Origin: Microcystis aeruginosa NIES-2549
Lineage (GTDB): Bacteria > Cyanobacteriota > Cyanobacteriia > Cyanobacteriales > Microcystaceae
Length of the DNA stretch: 32,000 nt
Direction of reading: 5' to 3'
NCBI RefSeq assembly: GCF_000981785.2
Contig: NZ_CP011304.1
Coordinates: forward strand, 3,480,001 to 3,512,000
Shown: positions 8,300 through 17,236 of the stretch, piece after piece
How the letters are laid out: the number at the start of each line of letters is the position of its first letter
Position numbering within the stretch: position 1 is the stretch's first letter
The notes under the pieces: model-generated
Database searches by the model: none
The model's input: the letters and a program-made list of their open reading frames with translations, nothing else
What the model was told of the DNA's origin: nothing
Position numbers and translations under genes: made by a program

Positions 8300-8640
8300 G
8301 GTGTTCCAGCTTCGTTTTCCTGTGGGCAGTGAAATAGCAATCACGCACTTTACCTCTAGCTTATATTCAATTACTGTTCTCTTACAGAAAGATTAAGGTC
8401 TCTTAACCGTCGATCTAGATGATTGCCATACCTAATGAGTCATATTTTGTCCCTTTTCTGTCTCTGAGATGGATTAGATATTTTTATGATTGATCTACAA
8501 ACCAATCGAGAATCAAGGCAACTTTGAGCGGGTGATTAATTAAAAAAGTAGCTGATTGGAACGGTTCCTAATATGCTATTATCCTTAACCGTTGACTTTT
8601 GAGCTACAAACGGCTAAAGTGTCAGGTTTTTCCTCCTCTC

Positions 8641-10008
8641 TCATCCTACCATATTCGCTGTTTTTTGTCCAAGAAAAGCGACGCATTCGACGTGGGGAGT
8701 TTGGGGAAAGAAATCAGCTGTTTGCACTTCTAGCAGTTGATAATCGCCTGTTTTACAGAGATATTGCAAGTCTCTGGCTAAAGTTGCACTTTGACAACTG
8801 ATATAAACAATGCGTTGACTTTGCAGCTGTAACAGACTATCAAGGACAGAGCGATCACAACCTTTGCGGGGCGGATCGAGTAGAATAATATCGGGTTTAA
8901 CTGTCAGTTGCGGTAAAGTTTTTTCTACTGCCCCCAAAATAAAGGTTGTGTTGGTAATATTATTTAATTGGGCGTTAATCTTGGCTCGATCGAGGGAAAA
9001 GCTATAGGATTCTAGTCCAATCACCTCTTTAACCCGTTTAGCGAGGGGTAAAGTAAAAGTACCGATACCACAGTAGGCATCAATAAGAATTTCTTCACCT
9101 TTAAGCTCTAATTTCTGGCAAATAACCGCAAATAAGGCTTCAGCAGCCTCTGTATTAACCTGAAAAAAGGTATCGGCAGCCAATTGATAGGTTAATCCGG
9201 CGAACTTTTCGGTAATATAATCCCGTCCGGCGATAGTTGTGGTCTGAGTGCCAAAAATAGCATTCCCTCGATCGGGGTTATAATTCACGGTTACACCGAC
9301 TAAATTGCCGTATTTTGCCAGCCATTGCCGCGCCTGGGTCTCAATTCCCTGTAAATTATTATCGGTACTAATCAGGGTTAATAAAACTTCTCCAGTGTGG
9401 CGGCCAATTCTCAGGGATAAATGGCGTAATTGTCCTTGGTGGGTCTTTTCATCATAAATTGACCAGCCTTGCTCCTGAATATCCCGTTTTATCTCTGCTA
9501 GAAACGGATTTAAAGCCTGATCTTGAATCGGACATTGATTGAGATTAATCAGATGATGGCTGCCGCGACGATAATAACCCGCTTGCACATTGCCGGTGGG
9601 GGAAAATCCGAGGGGATAAGTAGCTTTATTGCGATAAGCGAGGGGAGAATTACCGGTGAGGGGAGGATGAACCAAAGGATCGGTAAAACCACCAATTCTG
9701 GTTAATACCTCTTGTACTTGCTGTTTTTTGACTCGGCGCTGAAATTGATCCTCGATGTGTTGCCATTGACAGCCACCACATTTATCGGCGACGATGCAGC
9801 GGGGCCGGATACGATGGGGAGATGCTTGTAGAATAGTTTGTAGTTTGCCGATCGCATGACTTTTTTTGATATAGGTGATGCGAGTTTGAATGCGATCGCC
9901 AATGACCGTATCTGGCACAAAAATCACCTGTCCTCGGTATTTTCCCACACCTTCGCCCGTATGGTTGAGGTCAGTAATTTCGATCTCGATTAAATCACCT
10001 TGTTGCAT
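8641..10008 (-). CDS. rlmD: 23S rRNA (uracil-C5)-methyltransferase, RlmD/RumA family
   Basis: N-terminal TRAM domain (IEITDLNHTGEGVGKY...), Fe-S cysteines (CIVADKCGGCQWQH), SAM motif DAYCGIGTFTLPLA, catalytic YISCQSATLARD. Confidence 0.8.
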   Translation of the reverse strand: MQQGDLIEIEITDLNHTGEGVGKYRGQVIFVPDTVIGDRIQTRITYIKKSHAIGKLQTILQASPHRIRPRCIVADKCGGCQWQHIEDQFQRRVKKQQVQEVLTRIGGFTDPLVHPPLTGNSPLAYRNKATYPLGFSPTGNVQAGYYRRGSHHLINLNQCPIQDQALNPFLAEIKRDIQEQGWSIYDEKTHQGQLRHLSLRIGRHTGEVLLTLISTDNNLQGIETQARQWLAKYGNLVGVTVNYNPDRGNAIFGTQTTTIAGRDYITEKFAGLTYQLAADTFFQVNTEAAEALFAVICQKLELKGEEILIDAYCGIGTFTLPLAKRVKEVIGLESYSFSLDRAKINAQLNNITNTTFILGAVEKTLPQLTVKPDIILLDPPRKGCDRSVLDSLLQLQSQRIVYISCQSATLARDLQYLCKTGDYQLLEVQTADFFPQTPHVECVAFLGQKTANMVG

Positions 10009-10090
10009 AGTTAGGGAAACCAGTTTTCATCTAGGGTTTCTTCTCAGTAAAAATAACCCAACTCTATTCTACAATCAAAAGTTAATTTTT

Positions 10091-11785
10091 CTAAAATCCT
10101 AGATCAGCTTTGGCAATTTTGGCCGCCGCTAAAACTTCCTCATCGGGTAATTCTCGCCAGTCGGTCGCGCCTATTTCAGTATAGAATTTTTGATCGTAGG
10201 CGCGAGTACGAATTACCACCGGCATAGGGACTGCATGACCTAAAACTAAAGCCTGTTGTTTTGAGTCTAATTTCGCTAAAACTGATCGCAAACTTCCCCC
10301 TCCAGAAACCCCAGTAAATATGGCTTCGATGTCCTTTTCATCGTTTAATAAACAGGTGATTCTCGTCCCTACCTGAGACATAACTTCGTTATCAATTCCT
10401 GAAGGTCTTTGATCGACAATTAAGAGAGTAACAAAGTATTTTCGCATCTCCCTGGCGATGGTTCCAAAAATAGTTTGATGCACCACGGCAGAATCGAGAA
10501 ATCGATGAGCCTCTTCAATGGTAATCACTAACTGTTGCGGCCGATCAACGGGGTTTTTAGTTTGTAAAAAATATTCAGCTTTTTTAACATAATTAGCATG
10601 AATCCGACGGGTGATCATATTGGTGGCTAACATATAGGAAAGCATATTACTTTGGGAGCCAAATTCAATAACAACGTGCTTACCCGCATCTAAAGCTTGC
10701 AACACCTGATCGATATAATTGTGGGGACAAGCACTTTTTAAATATTTCAAACTATCTAGACGCATTAATTTTCTCTGGAGGGACATAATTGATCCCGCAT
10801 GACCTTGTTTTTCCGTACAGAAGATTTTAATATCCTCGTTACTCATATTTAATAACTTATTAATCCAAAATTCTCCATACTCGTTATAGAGAATATTGGC
10901 ATTATCTAAACTAGCTTCCGAGATGCCTAATTCCCGACCGATTAAACGAATATCCTCGATTTCAATTTGATTATAACTTAAGAATAATTCCTGCGCTCCT
11001 CGTACTCCCCGGCGTTTGGTAGAATCGGGATCGAGGGTATAAATTTCTACCTGTCCGGGGAATAATTGACATAATCCTTTCACCGTAGAAACCTCCTTCC
11101 CCTCTTTCATCGCTTCCCAACCGTATTCCGAGTGCATATCAAACATGAGGTTAACCCCTGCTTGTTTGCGAATAATGCCCGAAATTAGTAATCTGGTTAA
11201 AAAGGATTTTCCCGTCCCGGATTTGCCAAAAACACCGTTACTACGTTCCACAAAGCGATCGAGATTAATACATATTGGCACGTCCATGTCAAGGGGTTGA
11301 CCAATAGCAAAATTCTTTCTGGTGGGATCATCTTCCCAACCGAAAACCATGCGAAAATCCTGCTCACAAGCTTCATAAACTTGGCTAAAATGGGCGGGAA
11401 TAGTTTTAACTGGCAGTAATTCTAAATCGGCGCTAGTTTGGGGTTGAAAAGAGCCTAAAGAAGTGTCAGAAACTGCCGGGGAATTACCTCCAGTCGGAGT
11501 AAACATGAGCATAGGCGATAGTTCAATAGTACCATAAGTACCGCTACCCGCCAAAACATCGCGCATAAAACTATCATCGGGATGGGGAGGATTCGCGATA
11601 ATCCGGGGACTGGAGTTACCCAGGGAGACATCGGTGAGGAGACAGAAAAAACGCGATCGAGTGCCTTGCACCACTAAAAATTTACCGACGCGCATATCTT
11701 CTACGGAAATATCCGGATAAAGACGGATTTCTAAACCTTCACTCAGGGAACCTTGAATAACCGATCCGAGGGGCTGTTCACTCAT
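10091..11785 (-). CDS. HerA-like (FtsK/HerA superfamily, DUF87-type) ATPase
   Basis: N-terminal HAS-barrel-like segment (GSVIQGSLSEGLEIRL...GKFLVVQG), Walker A GKSGTGKS, IEEAHRFL, Walker B-like LLIVDQRPS followed by VMSQVGTRI. Confidence 0.78.
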   Translation of the reverse strand: MSEQPLGSVIQGSLSEGLEIRLYPDISVEDMRVGKFLVVQGTRSRFFCLLTDVSLGNSSPRIIANPPHPDDSFMRDVLAGSGTYGTIELSPMLMFTPTGGNSPAVSDTSLGSFQPQTSADLELLPVKTIPAHFSQVYEACEQDFRMVFGWEDDPTRKNFAIGQPLDMDVPICINLDRFVERSNGVFGKSGTGKSFLTRLLISGIIRKQAGVNLMFDMHSEYGWEAMKEGKEVSTVKGLCQLFPGQVEIYTLDPDSTKRRGVRGAQELFLSYNQIEIEDIRLIGRELGISEASLDNANILYNEYGEFWINKLLNMSNEDIKIFCTEKQGHAGSIMSLQRKLMRLDSLKYLKSACPHNYIDQVLQALDAGKHVVIEFGSQSNMLSYMLATNMITRRIHANYVKKAEYFLQTKNPVDRPQQLVITIEEAHRFLDSAVVHQTIFGTIAREMRKYFVTLLIVDQRPSGIDNEVMSQVGTRITCLLNDEKDIEAIFTGVSGGGSLRSVLAKLDSKQQALVLGHAVPMPVVIRTRAYDQKFYTEIGATDWRELPDEEVLAAAKIAKADLGF

Positions 11786-11912
11786 GCTAACCTTGGTTTG
11801 TGGCGATCTATCCCCCTATTCTGTCACTTTTCCGTCAATAAGTGCAAACTCTATCGGGTACAGTCATCACTGATCAGTAAACAGTAATCAGTGAACTTAA
11901 AACTCAAAACTA

Positions 11913-11957
11913 ATAACTGATAACTGATAACTGATAACTGATAACTGATAACTGATA
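11913..11957. repeat. STRR-like heptanucleotide array (ATAACTG)n
   Basis: Six perfect 7-nt units plus a partial one, 29 nt downstream of the menA stop. It is preceded (11862-11897) by degenerate opposite-orientation units CAGTCAT CACTGAT CAGTAAA CAGTAAT CAGTGAA. Confidence 0.9.
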
Positions 11958-11986
11958 AAGGGGTTTAAGAAAAAAAATCGGGTTTA

Positions 11987-12895
11987 TCAACGGGAAGCAA
12001 GGAAATAGCCAAGGGCGAAGAGAAGGCCACTAAAAAAGTGGAGATTAACCGCTATAAACTTGCAGTTACTGACTAGCTGAGGTTGGTCGTGATTTTGGTT
12101 AACGTGGTTGACTAATTGCCAAGCGAAAGGGAGACTAAGGAAGATTAAGAGAGTGAGAGGGGGATAAACTTGCAGCAGGACAAAAACTACCGTTAAAACG
12201 TAAACGAGAACCGTCACCACCGTTAAAACTCTAGAACCTTTTAAAGTACCCAAACGGGCAATAGGTGATTTTTTACCCGCTTTGAGATCATCGGCAACTT
12301 GATGGAAATGGGAACAAAAAAGGATGATAGAAGTGGTAATCCCAATAATAATTGAAGCCCCTAGACTAGAGACAGAAAAAGCCCCGACTTGGGAATAGTA
12401 GGCAGCAGCAATCGCCAAGGGTCCAAAAGTAAAGAAACAGATAATTTCACCTAATCCTTGATAACCGAGACGGAAGGGCGGTCCTTGATAGGTATAGCCC
12501 AAAAAACAGCAGAGGGCGATTAATTCTAGGATCATCCAATCGCCTCGCCAATAACTAATAGCAAAAATACCAGCGATGCCCACTAATAGAAAAAGATTAC
12601 TCAGCCAGAAAATTAAAGATTTATTACCGGTTAAATTAACGATCGAATGAGCTTTATTAACATCGATCCCGGTATCGGCATCAAAAACATCATTACTGAG
12701 ATTTAACCAAGCGAGAATTAAAATAGCTGAGAGGATAAAAGTGGCAAACATCGGCAGGGAAAATCGACCTGTTTCCTGATAAGCGATCGCTGTTCCCAGA
12801 ATAATCGGTATAATCGCCACACTATACATTGGTGGTTTCAGGGCTGCTAACCAGAGTTTTTTGGGTGAGGGAGTGGTGATAGTATCGGTGGTCAT
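11987..12895 (-). CDS. menA: 1,4-dihydroxy-2-naphthoate phytyltransferase (UbiA superfamily)
   Basis: Polytopic UbiA-type prenyltransferase with NDVFDADTGID (NDxxDxxxD). Size and cyanobacterial context fit MenA of phylloquinone synthesis. Confidence 0.82.
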   Translation of the reverse strand: MTTDTITTPSPKKLWLAALKPPMYSVAIIPIILGTAIAYQETGRFSLPMFATFILSAILILAWLNLSNDVFDADTGIDVNKAHSIVNLTGNKSLIFWLSNLFLLVGIAGIFAISYWRGDWMILELIALCCFLGYTYQGPPFRLGYQGLGEIICFFTFGPLAIAAAYYSQVGAFSVSSLGASIIIGITTSIILFCSHFHQVADDLKAGKKSPIARLGTLKGSRVLTVVTVLVYVLTVVFVLLQVYPPLTLLIFLSLPFAWQLVNHVNQNHDQPQLVSNCKFIAVNLHFFSGLLFALGYFLASR

Positions 12896-13124
12896 AGCTG
12901 AATAATAATCAGGAAAACTCGATCGCTCTAGGGGGAAAAAACGAGGGTTTAAGGTAGAATTATAGCTTTTTGTGCCTCAACTAGAAAGGCGGCATTTCCT
13001 ATTTGTGGTGATAAACAGAAGTTATTAAAAATGGTAGGGGTGCGGGGGATGCGCCCAAAATTTAACATAGGGTGTTATTCTCTAGACGGTAAGCCGAAAA
13101 TTCCTGTAACTTTCCTAGCCACCG

Positions 13125-13418
13125 ATGAGAGCGATCGCTAAAGATGATATTCTTTATATTCACCATGAGGATGTACCTGTTTATAAAAAAGGGGGTTCAG
13201 TGGTGAGAAATAGTTATTTTTGGGCGCTAAAATCGATCGCCTGTGGAGCGCGTCGGGGACAGGATTGGGAGTTCGATGCAGAGGTGTGGGTGGCACTGGT
13301 GCGGATGTTGCTCTGTTTTGCTAATTCTGGTTATTTGGGCGATGGTGAGACAATTTTAGAGTTTACTGTCGATTGTCCCATTCCCGAACCTTTGCGGGGG
13401 ATATCTACTTACTTTTGA
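13125..13418 (+). CDS. Hypothetical ORF abutting the IS element end (doubtful)
   Basis: Open frame only, with no recognisable family. Its stop lies immediately at the predicted IS right end. Confidence 0.25.
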   Translation: MRAIAKDDILYIHHEDVPVYKKGGSVVRNSYFWALKSIACGARRGQDWEFDAEVWVALVRMLLCFANSGYLGDGETILEFTVDCPIPEPLRGISTYF

Positions 13419-13620
13419 CTCTCCCCCGCTAACCGCTCGCGCGGTGTAGCGGGGGATTCTCGGTTCTTAGGCTTTTAACTAGATCGACCGAGTTTAACCC
13501 AGTCGATCCGCGTCAAATCGCCTCCGCGAGCGTTTTCTAACACGGTCAGTCCGACCGCGTTTTTTCCTCGGTTCTCAATTACCTTCGCTGATGCCGTATC
13601 TCTCGGTTCAATGTGGCCGC
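13400..13620 (-). ncRNA. Candidate TnpB omega RNA (reRNA) region; extent is a guess
   Basis: By analogy with characterised TnpB systems, the guide RNA overlaps the 3' end of tnpB, runs through the RE hairpin and ends in flanking DNA. No direct sequence proof here. Confidence 0.3.
13423..13455. repeat. IS subterminal hairpin (RE side, next to tnpB 3' end)
   Basis: CCCCCGCTA (13423-13431) pairs with TAGCGGGGG (13447-13455). An inner ACCGC/GCGGT stem extends it. Confidence 0.75.
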
Positions 13621-14689
13621 AAGAATCACACCGGTGAACTCTTTCCGATAACGCTTTTTTACCAGTAATTGCGCCACAATTCGGACAATCCTGGGAAGTT
13701 CCGTTTTTATCGACTTTAAGATAATATTTTCCCCGTTTCCAAATAACAAACGGTAGTATCTCGTTAATAAAACTACCGATAGCCGAATCTAGAGATTGTT
13801 TTCTAACGATCCCTCTAGACCAAGAAACGAAGTTAATATCTTCAACGAAGATGTTATCAGCGAGATCGCAAAGGTAATGAGCTAGTTTAAAATGCCAATC
13901 TCTACGAGTATTAGACACTTTTTCATGTAATCTTGCTATCTTCTCCTGAAGTTTTAACCAATTGCTAGAGCCTTTAGTTTTCCGTTTCAAGCGTCCTTGT
14001 AGCAATTTAAGCTTACTCTGTACTTTCAACAAAAATCGAGGGGCTTTGATTAAATCTCCCCGTGAAGTAGCAACAAAACTTTCAATTCCCGCGTCAATTC
14101 CTAAACAGGTCTTCCCTACTGTCATATCGGGAACTAATTCCGTAGATTGGAAAGAAACCGAAACGTAAAATCCCGACGCTTTGCGGATAATTCGAGCTTG
14201 TTTAGGCTCGAACCCAGACGGGTACTCTCTAGATTGCCTGATTCTAATTTTTCCCAATTGTGGAAAATTTAAGTATTCGTCACCTAAGAAGTTTTTTGAC
14301 AGCGCAGGAAAAACAAAACTTCGCATCTTTTTCTTAAATCTAGGAAAGCCAAAACTTTTCGACTTCATCTGGTTAAACGCCTTATCTAAAGTTTTTAATA
14401 CTTGCTGTAAAACTTGAGCGTTAACCGTCTTTAATATCGGATAGATTTTTTTAGCTTCCGTTAGATTTTTAGCTTGAACGAAGTAATTAGGATAGGGTTG
14501 ATCCGCAGGAATTATGTACTCAGAAACTAGCGAACAGTGATCCGCAAGACACTTTCGAGAGTTTAACCAATCTTTCCGTTCTGAAAGAGCGTAATTATAA
14601 ACGCTTTTGCCAACATCAAGAATGTGGATTATCTCTCGTTCCTGTTTCTTGTTTACCTTTAGTTTGTACTGGTAGGTAAGCGTTATCAC
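13475..14689 (-). CDS. tnpB: TnpB (IS605 OrfB) RNA-guided endonuclease
   Basis: 404 aa with a GTG start. RuvC-like residues are in place (LGIDAGI, FVEDINF, RDTASAKVI), as is the CPNCG...CDSCG zinc ribbon. The frame is uninterrupted. Confidence 0.9.
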   Translation of the reverse strand: MITLTYQYKLKVNKKQEREIIHILDVGKSVYNYALSERKDWLNSRKCLADHCSLVSEYIIPADQPYPNYFVQAKNLTEAKKIYPILKTVNAQVLQQVLKTLDKAFNQMKSKSFGFPRFKKKMRSFVFPALSKNFLGDEYLNFPQLGKIRIRQSREYPSGFEPKQARIIRKASGFYVSVSFQSTELVPDMTVGKTCLGIDAGIESFVATSRGDLIKAPRFLLKVQSKLKLLQGRLKRKTKGSSNWLKLQEKIARLHEKVSNTRRDWHFKLAHYLCDLADNIFVEDINFVSWSRGIVRKQSLDSAIGSFINEILPFVIWKRGKYYLKVDKNGTSQDCPNCGAITGKKALSERVHRCDSCGHIEPRDTASAKVIENRGKNAVGLTVLENARGGDLTRIDWVKLGRSS

Positions 14690-14802
14690 TGTCGTTAGTT
14701 TCGTGATGTATAGTTAAATCATAACACTTACCGCCCAATATTTCAACTGATTACAATCATAGATTTTGTTCTGTTTATAAACTTACCGCTCATGTTGTAT
14801 TC

Positions 14803-15171
14803 GTGATCAAATACCGACGAAAAGCTATTAATAATGAAATCTTAGTCCGACTGAAAGAAATATTTGTGTCAACGCTGACGAAATGGGAAAGCGCGTTGCT
14901 TGATTTCAACGGTGAATCGGATCACGTTCACCGGATTATCGATTACAAACCTGACATCGCTTTATCCAAATTAATCGCTAACCTTAAAACAGTTAGTAGT
15001 CGTTTAATTAGAAAAGAGTTTCCGTATTTGGCTGCAAAGTATTTCTACAATAAACCTTATTTTTGGACGGGAGCTTATTTCGTGGCCAGTTGTGGCGACA
15101 TTACCATCGAACAACTAAAAAAATACGTCGAGAACCAAAACTCCCCGAAAGTGGAAACGCTACCGCGTTAG
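14803..15171 (+). CDS. tnpA: IS200/IS605 Y1 (HUH) transposase TnpA, lacking a canonical start for its full-length N-terminus
   Basis: KYRRK, HUH motif HVH (SDHVHRII) and the catalytic-Tyr helix LKKYVENQ are present. The frame is open from 14725 and already encodes the conserved first strand (SVYKLTAHVVFV) upstream of the first canonical start, GTG 14803. Confidence 0.8.
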   Translation: MIKYRRKAINNEILVRLKEIFVSTLTKWESALLDFNGESDHVHRIIDYKPDIALSKLIANLKTVSSRLIRKEFPYLAAKYFYNKPYFWTGAYFVASCGDITIEQLKKYVENQNSPKVETLPR

Positions 15172-15193
15172 TTTTATTCTGGTCGTGATTCAT

Positions 15194-15225
15194 CTCCCGT
15201 TAACCGCTACGGAGTTTAACGGGAG
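15194..15225. repeat. IS subterminal hairpin (LE side)
   Basis: CTCCCGTTAA (15194-15203) pairs with TTAACGGGAG (15216-15225) across a 12-nt loop. The right arm contains the hrcA stop codon. Confidence 0.75.
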
Positions 15226-16310
15226 TCCTCTCGCGACCTTGAGATAGCCTCGCTGAGATAGTTAGCGGTGGATTCTACTAGGGGAATGGTATTTTCGTAT
15301 AACATTCGCGTCGGTCCAATAATGCCGACACTACCGACGGGAGTATCTCCCTGTTTATAAAAAGCGGAGATAAGAGTACAAGGGCGCATGGATTCCAGAG
15401 GATTTTCGGAACCAATAGTGATTTTGACTTTTTTAGCTGATTTTTCCGGTTCTGGTCTTTGTAAAATCAGGGGTAAAAGGCGATCCTGTTCTGCTTCCAA
15501 GAGATGCAGTAACATTTGTACTTGTTGCCATTGGGCGAATTCTGGCTGTCGAATGACTTCGGCGACACCGTGGACGATAATTTCTGGGGTGGCAGTGGAT
15601 TGGAGACTAGCGCTGATTTCTTGGCTTAATTGTTGGAGAAAATGGGTATAACGGGTAAATTCTCGCTCGATTTGCCGCCAATCGAGGTTAATTAAATCTG
15701 CCAAGCAATAACCTTTTAATTTTTCCCCGAGAAAATTAGAGAGGATTTGTAATTCTTCTGCTAATCCATCCTTCTTTTCCGTTTCCATAGACTCAGGAAT
15801 CTCTATCATAACCGAGCGTGTTTGTAAACTATCTGTAACAATAATTAACATGATCTGCCGGCCTGAGACGGGGACTAATTGCAGATGACGCAGGGTATTG
15901 GTGAGGGTGTGGGGAAGAGTAACGATAGCGATATAACCGCTTAAACCGGCTAAAAGTTGGGTGGCCCGTTGCAGCAGACTTTCGAGACTCCAAGCAGGAG
16001 ACTTAGCGTTTTTATGCAGATAATAGCCGATTTTTTCGCCGATACGGTCATCGGGAGTCATTAACTCATCGACGTAGAGACGATAACCCCAATCGGAGGG
16101 AATGCGTCCGGAGGAAGTGTGGGGTTGATAGAGTAAACCTTCTTTTTCCAGTTTACCGAGAGCATTGCGAATCGTGGCGGAACTAACAGTAAATTTGTAC
16201 TCCTGCAGCAGAGTTTTCGACCCAACTGGTTCGGCCGTGGCGATATAATGTTGGATTGTGGCCTTAAGGATATGTTGATAGCGATCGCTGAGATGGTTTC
16301 TAGCGGACAT
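15216..16310 (-). CDS. hrcA: Heat-inducible transcription repressor HrcA
   Basis: N-terminal winged helix ILKATIQHYIATAEPVGSKTL...ATIRNALGKLEKEGLL. The 364-aa length is typical of HrcA. Confidence 0.9.
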   Translation of the reverse strand: MSARNHLSDRYQHILKATIQHYIATAEPVGSKTLLQEYKFTVSSATIRNALGKLEKEGLLYQPHTSSGRIPSDWGYRLYVDELMTPDDRIGEKIGYYLHKNAKSPAWSLESLLQRATQLLAGLSGYIAIVTLPHTLTNTLRHLQLVPVSGRQIMLIIVTDSLQTRSVMIEIPESMETEKKDGLAEELQILSNFLGEKLKGYCLADLINLDWRQIEREFTRYTHFLQQLSQEISASLQSTATPEIIVHGVAEVIRQPEFAQWQQVQMLLHLLEAEQDRLLPLILQRPEPEKSAKKVKITIGSENPLESMRPCTLISAFYKQGDTPVGSVGIIGPTRMLYENTIPLVESTANYLSEAISRSREDSR

Positions 16311-16367
16311 AGGGGGATAATCTTAACAAAAGATTTATAAGATTTTTCTAGACAGTATAACGCTTAA

Positions 16368-16402
16368 TCAGTTATCAGTTATCAGTTATCAGTTATCAGT
16401 TA
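16368..16402. repeat. STRR-like heptanucleotide array (TCAGTTA)5
   Basis: Five perfect units between the rhodanese stop (58 nt away) and the hrcA start. Confidence 0.9.
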
Positions 16403-16460
16403 TCAATGGGGAGAAAGGGGATAGTTTACCCCTCTCTTTTCCTGATTGAGGCCATCAAAA

Positions 16461-16799
16461 TTAGTAACGGGGAATATTAGGATCGACGAGGAGGGAATAA
16501 GCATCGATGCCGCCGTTAATATTCTTAACATTAGTAAAACCCTGACTTTGTAGCCATTGGCACATCTGTAGGGATCTCATGCCATGGTGACAGATAACGA
16601 GGGTTTCCGCTTGGGGGTTGAATTGGGTGGCAATAGTGGGCGACCATTCTTGGTATTGACTCAAGGGTAAAATGGTAAAATTGGCTACAGATGCGATCGC
16701 AACTTCCTCTGGTTCGCGCACATCAATAAGTTGTAAATTAGGATCATGATCGGCTAAACGGAGAGCGAGTTCATGGACGCTAATTTCGGGAATGCTCAT
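16461..16799 (-). CDS. Single-domain rhodanese-like sulfurtransferase
   Basis: 112 aa with the active-site loop CHHGMRS and LIDVREPEE, typical of the rhodanese fold. Confidence 0.85.
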   Translation of the reverse strand: MSIPEISVHELALRLADHDPNLQLIDVREPEEVAIASVANFTILPLSQYQEWSPTIATQFNPQAETLVICHHGMRSLQMCQWLQSQGFTNVKNINGGIDAYSLLVDPNIPRY

Positions 16800-16929
16800 A
16801 GATTTGGTCTTAAGAATCGGTTATCTTTCCTTTAGAGTAGCAAATCGAGGGACCCTGAGCGGTCAGGGACTTGCGTAGGAATAATATCGCAGCCAAGTAG
16901 GGGGATTTGGTCAGTGCCAGAGCGGGGGG

Positions 16930-16938
16930 GTGATATAA
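16930..16938 (+). promoter_or_regulatory. Extended -10 element TGATATAAT upstream of the VapB-like gene
   Basis: Matches TGnTATAAT, about 70 nt upstream of the ATG at 17009. No experimental support. Confidence 0.35.
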
Positions 16939-17008
16939 TAGGGAAACGGCAGGTATTGAAGACATTGATGCTTTTTAGTACGCCGATTAATCGACAAGCT
17001 GAATTTCG

Positions 17009-17236
17009 ATGAATATTGAACAAGCCGTTATCGAAAACTTGCGAAAACTTCCTTTAGAAAAACAACAAGAAGTCTTAAACTTCAGCCAATTTCTAACTCA
17101 GATAACTTCGCCAAAAATTGAAGAGATGACCTCCCACGAAAAAGCAGAAGATTGGCTAAAATTTCTGGAAAGTCAACCCAAGGATACCCCTGGATTACCC
17201 GATGAAGCCTTAGGGCGTGAAACTATCTATGACTAA
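17009..17236 (+). CDS. Type II antitoxin (DUF2281-like)
   Basis: 75 aa. The N-terminus NLRKLPLEKQQEVLNFSQFL resembles DUF2281 antitoxins. It overlaps the PIN gene by 1 nt (TAATG). Confidence 0.6.
   Translation: MNIEQAVIENLRKLPLEKQQEVLNFSQFLTQITSPKIEEMTSHEKAEDWLKFLESQPKDTPGLPDEALGRETIYD

Larger units (their letters stand above)
13413..15245 (-). mobile_element. IS200/IS605-family insertion sequence (IS605-type, divergent tnpA/tnpB); ends approximate
   Basis: tnpB and a Y1-HUH tnpA are bracketed by related subterminal hairpins at 13423..13455 and 15194..15225, which share CTCCC..G.TAACCGCT. The exact cleavage sites cannot be set from a single copy. Confidence 0.75.

Noticed and set aside
13125-13418. 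The 97-aa ORF as an IS-disrupted gene fragment
   Set aside because: The far side of the IS is the 3' end of hrcA in the opposite orientation, so no matching downstream half exists. The ORF is kept only as a low-confidence hypothetical.
16832-17023. 63-aa minus-strand ORF between the rhodanese and vapB genes, and 30569..30760 between repeat protein A and the lipase
   Set aside because: These are intergenic or edge-overlapping ORFs with no start context and no recognisable motif. Both regions are better explained as promoter and leader sequence.
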